This document shows positions 18,863 through 28,265 of a stretch of 64,000 nucleotides of DNA, in pieces. Source of the stretch: Verrucomicrobiota bacterium (GTDB lineage: Bacteria > Verrucomicrobiota > Lentisphaeria > Lentisphaerales > Lentisphaeraceae); the NCBI GenBank assembly GCA_039798785.1, contig JBDKFG010000002.1:32001-96000 (forward strand), given 5' to 3'. Both the position numbers and the translations under genes were made by a program. A model generated the notes under the pieces. The model was not told where the DNA came from. It did no database searches and saw only the letters and a list, made by a program, of their open reading frames with translations. How positions within the stretch are numbered: the stretch's first letter is position 1; every line of letters starts with the position of its first letter.

Positions 18863-20073
18863 GAGGCGCTTCCTCCAGTTTTAACTCTTCTCTTCCCCGT
18901 CAGCAACTCCTGCATCAGGGCTTGTTTTTCTTGCTTGAGGCGGTCGAGCTGCTGCTGTAAAGCGGCAATCCCTTGATCGGCGGTAGTCAGGATGGCGGCA
19001 ATGCTTTGCTGCTCTTCTCGATCAAGCGGCATGAAAATTGATTTCTTCAGGAAATCCTCAAAGTTAAAAGTCATTTTTTCAATATGAACGCCCGAACTGG
19101 ATTCAAAAGCCAATTGATACACCGCTTTCTGCTTGCAGAACCAGTCAAAGAACTCTATGCTCAGTTTGTTTTGGTTTTTCGCGTTTACCGCAATGTAGGA
19201 ATCTGAAATGTGATGACCATCGAATTGCTCTGTGACTAGCCCCATGGCACCGTGCACGATCTGCATTTTTGAGATGATGAAATCCCCTGCATGGGCTGTG
19301 TTCATCTTCTTGGTCAAGATTTGGTGGCCTTTCAAGACTTCTCGGAGGACAACGCCCTCGGAACGCCGCTTGACGCTGAGCAGTCGATAGTCAACAGCAT
19401 CGTCCCAATTTACCGGTCGTTTGACTTCTTTGATCAACTCCCCCAACCTCACCTCTTGCCACTCTCCCGTGCATCCCGGCAGGCGTTTTTTGCCGGTGAG
19501 GAGTTGCTGCATGAGGGCGCGTTTCTGCTGCTGGGAGTTCTCCAGGAGTTTTGCGCTGGCCGCAATCGCGGCATCCCAGGTCGACAGGATTTCCGCTATC
19601 TTCTTTTGTTCGGGGAGAGGGGGAATTGGAACTTGAATCGTCTTAACGAGGCCAGAACTTAGGTTGTCCTGGCTGCCGCCATTGCTGAGTCCACGAATGG
19701 CTTCATACTGCGATTGGAGGTAGTAGTAATGGAAATCCGGAGATTGCTTTGAATTCAGGAGAATAGCGGCACAAGCTTGGTTTGTTGTCGCTTCAATTCC
19801 AAGTTTTCCGACTTGACCGCGAGTTTTTCCTTGCCCGTACATAGCCATAAGAAGTGTATCTACAGGAAAGAGTTTTGCGGATGACTCGTTCATGCCTTTC
19901 TGAGTAATTTTTTCGGCTGATGAATAAATCGTTCCAAAGCACACTTCAGCAGTCGTCACCCAGGGAATATGACCATTCCAATATTCCGGCACATTCCGGC
20001 TAGGAGTGCCCCCGGAAGTCACACGAGCAACGTCCCCCAGAGTTTTGACTTCCCATCCTTCCGGCAGCTTCAT
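18859..20073 (-). CDS. hsdS: type I R-M specificity subunit (two TRDs)
   Basis: LPEGWEVKTLGDV, GGTP, PPLPEQKKIAEIL, KRALMQQLLTGK, and a second EQQSIAAIL...KQALMQELLTGK. Confidence 0.96.
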   Translation of the reverse strand: MKLPEGWEVKTLGDVARVTSGGTPSRNVPEYWNGHIPWVTTAEVCFGTIYSSAEKITQKGMNESSAKLFPVDTLLMAMYGQGKTRGQVGKLGIEATTNQACAAILLNSKQSPDFHYYYLQSQYEAIRGLSNGGSQDNLSSGLVKTIQVPIPPLPEQKKIAEILSTWDAAIAASAKLLENSQQQKRALMQQLLTGKKRLPGCTGEWQEVRLGELIKEVKRPVNWDDAVDYRLLSVKRRSEGVVLREVLKGHQILTKKMNTAHAGDFIISKMQIVHGAMGLVTEQFDGHHISDSYIAVNAKNQNKLSIEFFDWFCKQKAVYQLAFESSSGVHIEKMTFNFEDFLKKSIFMPLDREEQQSIAAILTTADQGIAALQQQLDRLKQEKQALMQELLTGKRRVKTGGSAS

Positions 20074-20717
20074 ACGACCACCTTGGCTGAGTATTCCGCG
20101 TAGAACTTATCATTGATATGAGATTTAATCTGAAGGTAAGCCTTGCTGGGGATTGGTGGGAATCGGAAGTACTCGTTTTCTTCTTCGGTCACCCCAGGGA
20201 GATTGCCATAGCCAGTGTTACTAAAAATGATCAAGCCTGTGCGATTGAGCCGAACAAAGAGATCCGGCAGACCCGAAGGGGCTCGCTTGGCGAGCTTTGC
20301 GGCCTCCGCGTAATAGGTGCGCATGAAATTCAACATCCCAGCCTCATCGTTTTCCTTTGGCCAGGAATGACACTCATGGAACTTATCGAGGTGAACGAGG
20401 AGGATGATCTCCAAGCGTGAAAGATCGCCGACGACGCGCATTTGTTCTTCGTAGAGGTCGAAGTCCGAGAGTTCCGGCTTCTGGTGCCCCCAATACAGCG
20501 CCATGAGCATATCCATTTTCTCTTTGCACTGCGCGGCCATGGTGGCTTGGTAAAGGATGATGAAGCGAGAAGCAGTGGCGTCCGTGACCTCGATGGGAGA
20601 GACCTCGTATTTAAGCATCGACTCCGTCACTTGCCGCAACTGAACTTCCCTGACCAAGTCAAAGGCCACCGAGAGTGCCTTGGTGGTCATGCCGAGAGCT
20701 GTGCTTAAGCCACTCAT
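20070..20717 (-). CDS. hypothetical protein
   Basis: ATGA overlaps at both ends (with the TOPRIM-like gene and hsdS); start MSGLSTALG. Confidence 0.65.
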   Translation of the reverse strand: MSGLSTALGMTTKALSVAFDLVREVQLRQVTESMLKYEVSPIEVTDATASRFIILYQATMAAQCKEKMDMLMALYWGHQKPELSDFDLYEEQMRVVGDLSRLEIILLVHLDKFHECHSWPKENDEAGMLNFMRTYYAEAAKLAKRAPSGLPDLFVRLNRTGLIIFSNTGYGNLPGVTEEENEYFRFPPIPSKAYLQIKSHINDKFYAEYSAKVVV

Positions 20718-21307
20718 GGCATGAGCTCCCGGATCTGGACTTTGAGGGGTTCCCAACAGGGATGCGCGAGATCGCAGTGTTGCTGGAGGAGGCCGCGATT
20801 GGCGACGGGGGCGCGTCCTTGGGCGAGGAGGGTGGCGTAGAACAGAGTTTTCTGCTGTTGGGCTTCGTTGCCGCCGACACAGGAGCTGAAGCTGGGGGCG
20901 CATTGGAGCGGCTTGCCTTCATCCGGCTTGAGCGAATGGAGCAAGAGGGCTTCGAGGCTGCCGGGGCCGGTCTCCGGCAGGATGTGGGAGGCGTAGACCA
21001 GCTCGGGGAAGCGAACTTGCAGATCCCGTCCGAGGTCGCTGAGAGCTTGGCGGCTGGCCTTCGGATCGCTGTCGGCATCGGCGAGAACGAGGAGATGAGT
21101 CAAGGAGGGGCCGGTGATGGTGCCGTCGGCGAGATCAAAGGCGATCGAGCGGAAATTATCCTTCCCCTCGGCCTGGTAGATGCAGAGCTGTTCTTTGCCG
21201 TAGCCCATGCCCTTGGTCAGCTCGACCAGGGCGTTGACCTCTTCGTCGCCTTCGACGAGGACGACGCGGGGGCTGCTGAGCTGCTGTTTAGCGGATTTCA
21301 TGTTCAT
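20714..21307 (-). CDS. TOPRIM-like protein (DUF3226-like)
   Basis: VLVEGDEE, LADAD (DxD), GSLEALL. Confidence 0.7.
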   Translation of the reverse strand: MNMKSAKQQLSSPRVVLVEGDEEVNALVELTKGMGYGKEQLCIYQAEGKDNFRSIAFDLADGTITGPSLTHLLVLADADSDPKASRQALSDLGRDLQVRFPELVYASHILPETGPGSLEALLLHSLKPDEGKPLQCAPSFSSCVGGNEAQQQKTLFYATLLAQGRAPVANRGLLQQHCDLAHPCWEPLKVQIRELMP

Positions 21308-22295
21308 CTCCGACGAGGCGCAGGGCCTTCTCCGCGTCGATCAGGTTGACGCGGTGTTTGCCATTCTGGAAGATGAGCTTGAGGATGGCGAAATCGGTCT
21401 TGCGTTCTTCCATGACGGGGAGGAACTTCTGCAGGCATTCGTAGCTGTGGCTGCTGACGAAGAGCTGGACATTGAAGCGTTCGGCGAAGTCGAGGAGCTG
21501 TTGCCAGAAGCTGGCGAGGCGGCTGTGGTGGATGCCGTTTTCGACCTCGTCGATGATCAGGTAGCCGTCGCGGCATTGGACTACGGCAGCGAGGAGGAAG
21601 ACGATGCGCTGAAGACCGTCGCCGTAGAAGTTGATCGGCAGGAAGGCGTCGGAGCTGCGGGCGTAGAGGACGGGCAAGCCGCTTTCGATGAGGATATCGA
21701 GGTCGAACTTGGTGTCATGGAAGAGTTGGCGCAGAGCATCGCGGCAGGCCTCGTAGTGGCCGGTTTTCTTCAGGTCGCTGATAAAGGCGACGGCATGATT
21801 AAAATGGGGCGAGATGTAGAAGAGTTTGGGGAGGATGACCGGAACCGGGCTGGTGATTTCGAGCTGGCCGTTGTTGCGGAAGACGATTTGGCTGTGCTGA
21901 TTGAGGTGGCTGACGCTGAGAGTGGCATCGGTGGACTGGGCTTTCTCTCCGGTGAAGGATCCGATCAAATTCGACTGGGATTCCTGAGCATCGACAACTA
22001 AGGGTTGACCGTCGAGCTGAGCTTCGATATGGAAGCGGCGCTGTGGCGAGGCTTTATTAAAAATATTCTCCCAGAGCGGCTGAATGTTGCCGCTCAGGGG
22101 AACATTGTAGGTGCGCAGGGTGTTGACTTGATTAAAGACATCCGTGCGGTGGGAGCCGAAGAGGAAGAAGATGGCTTCCAGGAGGGAGGTTTTGCCGGCG
22201 TTGTTATCGCCGATGATCAAGTTGACCTTGCGGGTCGACTCGATCTTGAGCTCGGCGATACCGCGGAAGTTCTGGATGTGGATATTGGTAATCAT
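21288..22295 (-). CDS. AAA_15/AAA_21 ABC-type ATPase (AbiEii/AriA/OLD-like)
   Basis: IQNFRGI, GDNNAGKT, YGDG signature, LIIDEVENGIH, SSHS H-loop. Confidence 0.9.
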   Translation of the reverse strand: MITNIHIQNFRGIAELKIESTRKVNLIIGDNNAGKTSLLEAIFFLFGSHRTDVFNQVNTLRTYNVPLSGNIQPLWENIFNKASPQRRFHIEAQLDGQPLVVDAQESQSNLIGSFTGEKAQSTDATLSVSHLNQHSQIVFRNNGQLEITSPVPVILPKLFYISPHFNHAVAFISDLKKTGHYEACRDALRQLFHDTKFDLDILIESGLPVLYARSSDAFLPINFYGDGLQRIVFLLAAVVQCRDGYLIIDEVENGIHHSRLASFWQQLLDFAERFNVQLFVSSHSYECLQKFLPVMEERKTDFAILKLIFQNGKHRVNLIDAEKALRLVGDEHEIR

Positions 22296-22381
22296 GAGTC
22301 AAGCCCTGAGAAGAGTGAAATGGGAAGAGTGAAGAGTGAAATGAGCGAGGAAGACGAGGCGGGTGCGGGAGTTTTCATAGG

Positions 22382-22816
22382 TTACGATCTTTCCAGAGAG
22401 GATTCTGTCGTGAGATTAGCCTCGGCTGGCGGCTTGGCGAGGGAGCTGGAGCAGGAAGCTTGAGGGAAGCTCAATTCCAGGGCCAGATTGAGGTCCTGTG
22501 AGATCCGGGCGAGGATATCGAGATCGAAGCTTTGGCGGCGATCCGGGTGGATGCGGCGAAGCAGCTCGGCACGCGGCAGGCCAAGGCGGCGGGCGAGTTT
22601 CGCTTGGCTGAGTTTGAGTTCCCGCAGACGAGCGCGGATGCGTGCGTAGAGGCGTTCCTTGAGCAAATCCGCCTTGAATTCCGGGGTGCGCATCACCTCA
22701 GTGGCGGCGGCCTTGAGCTCGTTGTAATCCTCTTCGGTGAAGGGCTCCAAGGCCATGAACTCGGCGAGGAGTTCAGGAGGAATGGGCTGGGACAGGGTGA
22801 TGGGTTCGAAGTTCAT
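22382..22816 (-). CDS. XRE-family HTH protein
   Basis: LRELKLSQAKLARRLGLPRAELLR...FDLDILARI. Confidence 0.65.
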   Translation of the reverse strand: MNFEPITLSQPIPPELLAEFMALEPFTEEDYNELKAAATEVMRTPEFKADLLKERLYARIRARLRELKLSQAKLARRLGLPRAELLRRIHPDRRQSFDLDILARISQDLNLALELSFPQASCSSSLAKPPAEANLTTESSLERS

Positions 22817-22817
22817 T

Positions 22818-23903
22818 TCAGGTCTCATCAGCCCATTGCAAGGGTTTGATGCAATCTTTAAATCGACCATAATTTTTAGTCAAATGCTGATACCTCCCCG
22901 CGACGACCCCAGGAGATATCTTCAACTCTTTTGCTAGGCTACGAATTCCCGCACTACTCGTTATTTTCTCAATTTGTTTATTGTAAGATTTTGGTATCAA
23001 CAATTCAGCCGCAAATTCATTCGCCTTTATTTCTTCCGGGTCGTCGTCGTATTTCCCATCATCAAGATAAATTTGTTGCTTTTTACCATGTAAAACATGA
23101 CCGAGTTCGTGGAAAAATGAAAACCAGAATTTGTCCTCGGCCTTACCTCGAATATTCAAATAGATGGCCACTTTATCCTTATCCAACCACTCAGTCGCTC
23201 CTGACCACGGAGCTTTGGGGAATTCCTTGGTCAGAGTCAAAGCGCAGCCAAAAGAGGCGCAGATGGCATGAGCTTGCTTCAAGGCCTCATTGATATTAAG
23301 AATCGTCAGATTACGGAGCTGCAAAATAGCGATTTGCGCTTTTTCTTTATCAAAGGGCTGGCAACTTGTTCTGAGAGCAGACTTTTTGGCGAGACAGAGC
23401 CAAGCGGCCACGGCTGCGGAATCCGCAGAAACCTTGGTGGATCTACGAGCTGCCGCGACTGGCTTGCCCCAGACTTCCTCCCATGAATGGGGCGAACTTA
23501 CACCATAAAAAGAGAGGACCTGATTCAGTGTCTCAATGCTTTTTTCTGTGCTGGTAACAATCTTGCGAGATTGCAATTCTTTAAGAGGTTGCGTTTTCAG
23601 CCATCCCACCAGCTCAGAATTCCTCTTATCTTGTTCGAGCCTTGCAAGATGAGATCGATATTGAGCTTCGCGGTTGACCCAAAACTCGGCGTCAACCCCA
23701 GTTGCCATCTCAAGCTTCAGCGCGATTTCATGGGTGATCGGTTGTGTGCCTTTGAGGATGCGACTGATGCTCATGGAAGAGATCTCAGTTCTTTTGGCAA
23801 GATCCTCTTGGTTGATGCAGAGGAACTCCATGGTTTCCAGCAGTGTGTCAGTGGGGGGGCTGACTTCCTGCGGCACATATTTGTAAAGTTTCTTGGCTTT
23901 CAT
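22818..23903 (-). CDS. higA: HigA-family HTH antitoxin fused to an ImmA/IrrE (M78) metallopeptidase
   Basis: SPP..TLLE, QEDLAKRTEIS...ISRILKG..PIT...A.KLE, FWVNRE; FWFSFFHELGH and E..AN.FA. Confidence 0.85.
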   Translation of the reverse strand: MKAKKLYKYVPQEVSPPTDTLLETMEFLCINQEDLAKRTEISSMSISRILKGTQPITHEIALKLEMATGVDAEFWVNREAQYRSHLARLEQDKRNSELVGWLKTQPLKELQSRKIVTSTEKSIETLNQVLSFYGVSSPHSWEEVWGKPVAAARRSTKVSADSAAVAAWLCLAKKSALRTSCQPFDKEKAQIAILQLRNLTILNINEALKQAHAICASFGCALTLTKEFPKAPWSGATEWLDKDKVAIYLNIRGKAEDKFWFSFFHELGHVLHGKKQQIYLDDGKYDDDPEEIKANEFAAELLIPKSYNKQIEKITSSAGIRSLAKELKISPGVVAGRYQHLTKNYGRFKDCIKPLQWADET

Positions 23904-24238
23904 TCGTGCGTGTCCGTGATTTCAATGATTTCCACTTCGGTGACGAGATCCAGGTCAATGCCTCCGTCAGGCTTGGTCGGAATGGGCTCGTTAGCCGGGA
24001 TGAAGAGAAGTCGGTAGGGGTGGTTGAGGTCTACTGAGAATTGGCCTTTGCGGTTCTGACTAAGCTCATGACATCGGGTTGGAGGGAGGCGAGAGAGATG
24101 TGCTAAGCTTGGCGCTGCTGCGATCTCGTCGAGTCGCCGCAAGATCTTGGCGGTTTGGGTCGGGCCATAGGTACGGGCTCTATCCTTTGGATCGCTCAGG
24201 TTCTTTGCCAGCTTCTTGCTGCTAAAGCTTATCTCCAT
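23900..24238 (-). CDS. higB: HigB/RelE-family toxin (killer protein)
   Basis: MEISF..KKL, RCHELS.NRKGQFSVDL.HPYRLLF; directly upstream of higA. Confidence 0.88.
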   Translation of the reverse strand: MEISFSSKKLAKNLSDPKDRARTYGPTQTAKILRRLDEIAAAPSLAHLSRLPPTRCHELSQNRKGQFSVDLNHPYRLLFIPANEPIPTKPDGGIDLDLVTEVEIIEITDTHE

Positions 24239-24278
24239 CGGGAGCTCCTGTCAAACTTTATAACAAAATTTGTTACGA

Positions 24279-26114
24279 TCATTCATAGCCCAGCTCCTTG
24301 AGATAGCCGGCCATCTTGATCTCCAAATCAGCCAGCTCGGCCTTGAGGGCGAGGCGTTGGCTGCGGATGGCGACGAGATCAAGCGTGGCTTCCTCCTCGA
24401 ATGTGTCGACATAGCGGGGGATGTTGAGGTTGAAGTCGTTGCTACGGATCTCTTCGAGGGTGGCGAGGTGCGCGTACTTGGGGACGCTCTGGCGGGCCTT
24501 GGCGGTGGCGAGGATCTTGGCGATGTGCTCAGGCGCGAGGAGGTTCTGATTCTTGCCTGCCTTGCAGTCCGAGGAGGCGTCGATGAAGAGCACCTTGGCG
24601 TCGGTTTTCTGCTTGCGGAAGATGAGGATCGCGGCGGGGATGCCGGTGCCATAGAAGAGCTTCTCGGGAAGGCCGATGACGGTATCCAGGAGGTTCTCCT
24701 CGATCAGCTTTTGGCGGATGCTGCCTTCAGTGGAGCCACGGAAGAGCACGCCGTGCGGGACGACGACACCCATGCGGCCGGAGCCGGGCTTGAGGGTCTC
24801 GATCATGTGGAGGATGAAGGCGTAGTCGCCCTTGGTTTTGGGCGGGACGCCGCGACGGAAGCGGCCGAAGGGATCGTGCTCGGCTTCCTCGTGTCCCCAT
24901 TTGTCGAGGGAGAAGGGCGGGTTGGCGGTGACGACATCGAAGAGCTCCAGGTCGCCGTTGCGGTCGAGAAGCTTGGGATTGCGGATGGTGTCGCCCCACT
25001 CGATCTTGTGGTTATCTTCGCCGTGGAGGAACATGTTCATCTTGGCGAGCGACCAGGTGGAGCCGATGGCTTCCTGGCCGAAGAGGGCGTAGTTCTTGGC
25101 GCCGGTGTCGCGGCGGATCTTGCGGCCGCACTTCATCAGGAGGGAGCCGGAGCCGCAGGCCGGGTCGCAGATGCGGTCGCCGGGCTTGGGGTCGAGGAGT
25201 TCGGCGATGAGGTCGGAGACTTCGGGCGGGGTATAGAACTCGCCGGCCTTCTGGCCACCGGAAGCGGCGAAGTTCTTGATCAGGTATTCGTAGGCGTTGC
25301 CGATGACATCGAGGGTGCCGACGCGGGAGGGGCGGAGGTTGAGGTCCGGCTTGGCGAAGTCTTCGAGGAGGTGGCGGAGGATGGTGTTCTTCTGCTTCTC
25401 TTCGCCGAGCTTGTCGGTGTTGAATGAGATGTCCTGGAAGACCGACTTGTTGGCGTCGCGCAGCTTGTTGCCGTTGGCTTCTTCGATGGCGTGCAGCGCC
25501 TGGTCGATGCGCTCACCGTTGCCGGGCTCGTGGCGTCGCTCGAAGAGTTTGTAGAAGGACGCCTCGGGCGGGAGGGCGAAGCGTTCGCTCTTCATCATCT
25601 CGGCGATCAGCTCGGGCTCGTCGCCGTATTGCTTCTGGTAGCCTTCGAAGTGGTCCTGCCAGACATCGGAGATGTACTTGAGGAAGAGCATGGTGAGGAT
25701 GAAGTCTTTGTAGGTATCCGGGCTGATGGTGCCGCGGAAGGTATCGCAGGCACCCCAGAGCGACTTATTGATGCCATCCTGCAGGCTTCCTTGCGAGCGC
25801 TCTTCGGGCTCGGCCTGGACGCGAGGAGTGGCGGCGGCTCGCGGCTCTTTCTTCTCTTTGACCAGCTTCGGCGCTTTTTCCTCTTTGGTGAAGAGCTCGC
25901 CTTGGGCGGGCTCTTCGCTAGCCGTGGCGCAGGCTAGGGAGCCGCCGCGTCCGCGTCCGGGGATAACCAATTGGGCAGCGACAAGCTCTTCCTTGGCGGC
26001 GAGGTAGGCGGCTTCATCGAGCTGGAGCTGAGCACGAAGGGAGACATTGCCGACAGTGGAGCCATCGGCAGGGAGGGCGTCGAGGAGGGATTGGGCGTGG
26101 GGTGAGAGGGACAT
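24279..26114 (-). CDS. hsdM: type I R-M N6-adenine methyltransferase with an extra N-terminal domain
   Basis: LWGACDTFRG, GEFYTP, DPACGSG, NPPF, PHGVLFR, FNLNIPRY. Confidence 0.97.
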   Translation of the reverse strand: MSLSPHAQSLLDALPADGSTVGNVSLRAQLQLDEAAYLAAKEELVAAQLVIPGRGRGGSLACATASEEPAQGELFTKEEKAPKLVKEKKEPRAAATPRVQAEPEERSQGSLQDGINKSLWGACDTFRGTISPDTYKDFILTMLFLKYISDVWQDHFEGYQKQYGDEPELIAEMMKSERFALPPEASFYKLFERRHEPGNGERIDQALHAIEEANGNKLRDANKSVFQDISFNTDKLGEEKQKNTILRHLLEDFAKPDLNLRPSRVGTLDVIGNAYEYLIKNFAASGGQKAGEFYTPPEVSDLIAELLDPKPGDRICDPACGSGSLLMKCGRKIRRDTGAKNYALFGQEAIGSTWSLAKMNMFLHGEDNHKIEWGDTIRNPKLLDRNGDLELFDVVTANPPFSLDKWGHEEAEHDPFGRFRRGVPPKTKGDYAFILHMIETLKPGSGRMGVVVPHGVLFRGSTEGSIRQKLIEENLLDTVIGLPEKLFYGTGIPAAILIFRKQKTDAKVLFIDASSDCKAGKNQNLLAPEHIAKILATAKARQSVPKYAHLATLEEIRSNDFNLNIPRYVDTFEEEATLDLVAIRSQRLALKAELADLEIKMAGYLKELGYE

Positions 26115-26172
26115 GGGAGCCTGCTGAATGGTGAAGGGTGAAGTGGGAAGAGTGAGAGAAATAATAGAGCCG

Positions 26173-26778
26173 TTAACTGGGAGTTGATTGAAGATTAAGA
26201 ATTTTTTGAGCGACAGCGGCCATTTCCTGTTTGCGGAGCTGGATTAGCTGTGAGAGGGCCGAGATTTCTCGGTAAGCGGATTCGTAGAGGGCGATGATCT
26301 GCGTTTGAGCTTCCAAGGTCGGGACTCTGATGGGCGTTTGATCGAGCAGAGAACGACGGATGCTTTGCTGGTTGCTGCCTTCACTCAAGCGTGCGAAGTA
26401 GGCCTGGGCCGGCGCTTGATTGAGCTGCCAAGCGAGGAAGGCGGGACGGATCTTCACAGGATCAGGACGGATGATGAAGAGGTGCTGTGTACAGAGGGTG
26501 GGGCCGGGGACCTTGGTGAGACAGATGGCGCAGAGGTTTTCACCGCGACAGGTGAGCAGGACATCTCCAGCTTGCAGCCACGCGGACTTTGCCGGCAAAG
26601 GATCCTCGATACGCGCCAAGTTTTCCCAAACGGGTTCCGCGCCTTCCTTGACATCCCGAGTTTGGACGAGGCGGACAGATCCGTGCTTCGTCTCCTCGAT
26701 GCCGGTGCGGAAGACCTGGCCGAGACGGATCTCGGCCAGATCGGAGAGATCTGCGACTCTTATGGGAGGCATCAACAT
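26173..26778 (-). CDS. half-size (single TRD) HsdS-like protein
   Basis: LSDLAEIRLG, GDVLL, PAFLAWQLN, IRVPTLEAQ followed by a coiled coil. Confidence 0.8.
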   Translation of the reverse strand: MLMPPIRVADLSDLAEIRLGQVFRTGIEETKHGSVRLVQTRDVKEGAEPVWENLARIEDPLPAKSAWLQAGDVLLTCRGENLCAICLTKVPGPTLCTQHLFIIRPDPVKIRPAFLAWQLNQAPAQAYFARLSEGSNQQSIRRSLLDQTPIRVPTLEAQTQIIALYESAYREISALSQLIQLRKQEMAAVAQKILNLQSTPS

Positions 26779-26786
26779 GAGCTTAA

Positions 26787-27104
26787 TTACGCCCTAAACA
26801 GTTGGATGACGGCACAAAAGAGCATAGGAGCTGCCATGGAAATGGCGATCGTCATCGGCAAAGCCCAGACATCCACCATCCATGTCTTGTTATTTTTTTT
26901 TACCGTTCTGCGATCAACCGGGGACCAGTCCCAATAAATAAGGCAGAAAATCGCGGCAGCGAGCATGATGAGACCAGCGCGGACGTCCATCGGGATATGG
27001 GGCAAGGAAAAGATGGCAATCAAAAGGATGAAGAACTTTGGGAGATGCTTTCGAACCCGTTGGTTCGACAGCTCCAGGACTTCTTGGTGGGGGCGTTTTT
27101 TCAT
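26787..27104 (-). CDS. small membrane protein
   Basis: About three hydrophobic segments; GAGGAG RBS upstream. Confidence 0.6.
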   Translation of the reverse strand: MKKRPHQEVLELSNQRVRKHLPKFFILLIAIFSLPHIPMDVRAGLIMLAAAIFCLIYWDWSPVDRRTVKKNNKTWMVDVWALPMTIAISMAAPMLFCAVIQLFRA

Positions 27105-27146
27105 TTTCTGTACTCTCCTCTATGCACTGGTTTTTTTCTTGTTTTA

Positions 27147-27245
27147 TGGCTCCAACTCAGATGGAGCCAGTATTAGTAGTTTAGCGGCGGCGCCCCGGAA
27201 GTCAAGAGTCACGCCAAAAAAATGGCTCCAGATTGATTGGTGCAG
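27147..27245 (-). promoter_or_regulatory. putative sigma70 promoter of the R-M operon flanked by TGGCTCCA operator-like repeats
   Basis: Minus-strand TTGACT (27200-27205) and TAAACT (27178-27183); TGGCTCCA-N7-TGGAGCCA at 27147-27169; second half-site at 27223-27230. Confidence 0.5.
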
Positions 27246-27249
27246 TAAT

Positions 27250-28227
27250 TTAGATTTTCTGGAATGCCGTTTCATCCCTCACATACCTGCAGCTCGGGAA
27301 GCCGGTGCAACCGAGGAAGGCTTGGCCGTCGCTCTTGCGCTTGCGCTCGACCAGGGGCTTGGAGCACTTCGGGCAGGAGTTGCTGTTATGGCGTTCCTGG
27401 AGAGACGCGAGGTGGATCTCGTGCGTCTGCTGGGTCTTGAAGAGGCCATTGGGCATGCGGCCTTCTTGGAGAGCTTGGGCCATCTGGGCGGCCTGCTCCG
27501 GTGTGAAGACCTCAGTCTGCTTGCTGCGGATGAAAGCGACATGCGGCATGGTGACCTGGGGCGGTAGTTCCTCGGCATTCTTGAGCGTGGCGTCGGGGCC
27601 GAAGTTGATCAGATTAAAAAGATTGGTGTCAATGTCTTCCTTGCTGAGGCCGTAGAATTCGATCAGGGCCATCAGGTGGCGGTAGTTTTGGCGGAGGGGA
27701 TTTTGAAAGCTGTTTTTGGTGCCGTTGGGGAAGGTCTGCGTCCACTGTGCTTGATCGGCCTTGCCGAAGATCCAGCCGGCCATGTTCTTGGTCTCAATGA
27801 CGAAAATGCCGAAGCGCGAGACGATGACATGGTCGATCTGGGTGGTGGAACCATCCTCCAGCTTGAGAGTGACATTGTTGAGCTGGTGATAGACCTTGCT
27901 GTCGAGAGCGACCTTGTGGATAGTGCTTGTTATGGCTTCGCCGATCGCGCCTTTGACGGCGGGCTTCTTCAGTTGGGCAAAGAACCAGCCAGCGAGAAGA
28001 ATCAGCCCCAGTAGCCAGGACATCGAAGAGAGCGCTGCAGCGAGGCTGCTGAAGATTCCCCCGGCGACGTTCGCCTTGTCCGCTGGCGGTGTGAAGATCG
28101 CCGGCAAGGCCCACTTGCAGAAGGCCGTGACGGCGGCGGCCAAGATGAGCCCCACCCACCAGGGCGTTTTGCGGCAAAGGTCGAAGTAGAGCGAGAGGAC
28201 GCTGTTGCGATCGGAGCGGCGGGCCAT
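27250..28227 (-). CDS. membrane-anchored NERD nuclease with a C-terminal topoisomerase-type C4 zinc ribbon
   Basis: Two TM helices, KGAIGE, TQIDHVIVSRFGIFVIETKN, FQNPLRQN, CPKC...FLGCTGFPSC. Confidence 0.9.
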   Translation of the reverse strand: MARRSDRNSVLSLYFDLCRKTPWWVGLILAAAVTAFCKWALPAIFTPPADKANVAGGIFSSLAAALSSMSWLLGLILLAGWFFAQLKKPAVKGAIGEAITSTIHKVALDSKVYHQLNNVTLKLEDGSTTQIDHVIVSRFGIFVIETKNMAGWIFGKADQAQWTQTFPNGTKNSFQNPLRQNYRHLMALIEFYGLSKEDIDTNLFNLINFGPDATLKNAEELPPQVTMPHVAFIRSKQTEVFTPEQAAQMAQALQEGRMPNGLFKTQQTHEIHLASLQERHNSNSCPKCSKPLVERKRKSDGQAFLGCTGFPSCRYVRDETAFQKI

Positions 28228-28265
28228 GGTTAATTTCCTTGGGTTGATGGTGAGCGGCGGCTAGA

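Noticed and set aside
24270..25427. 385-aa plus-strand ORF
   Set aside because: Antisense shadow of hsdM
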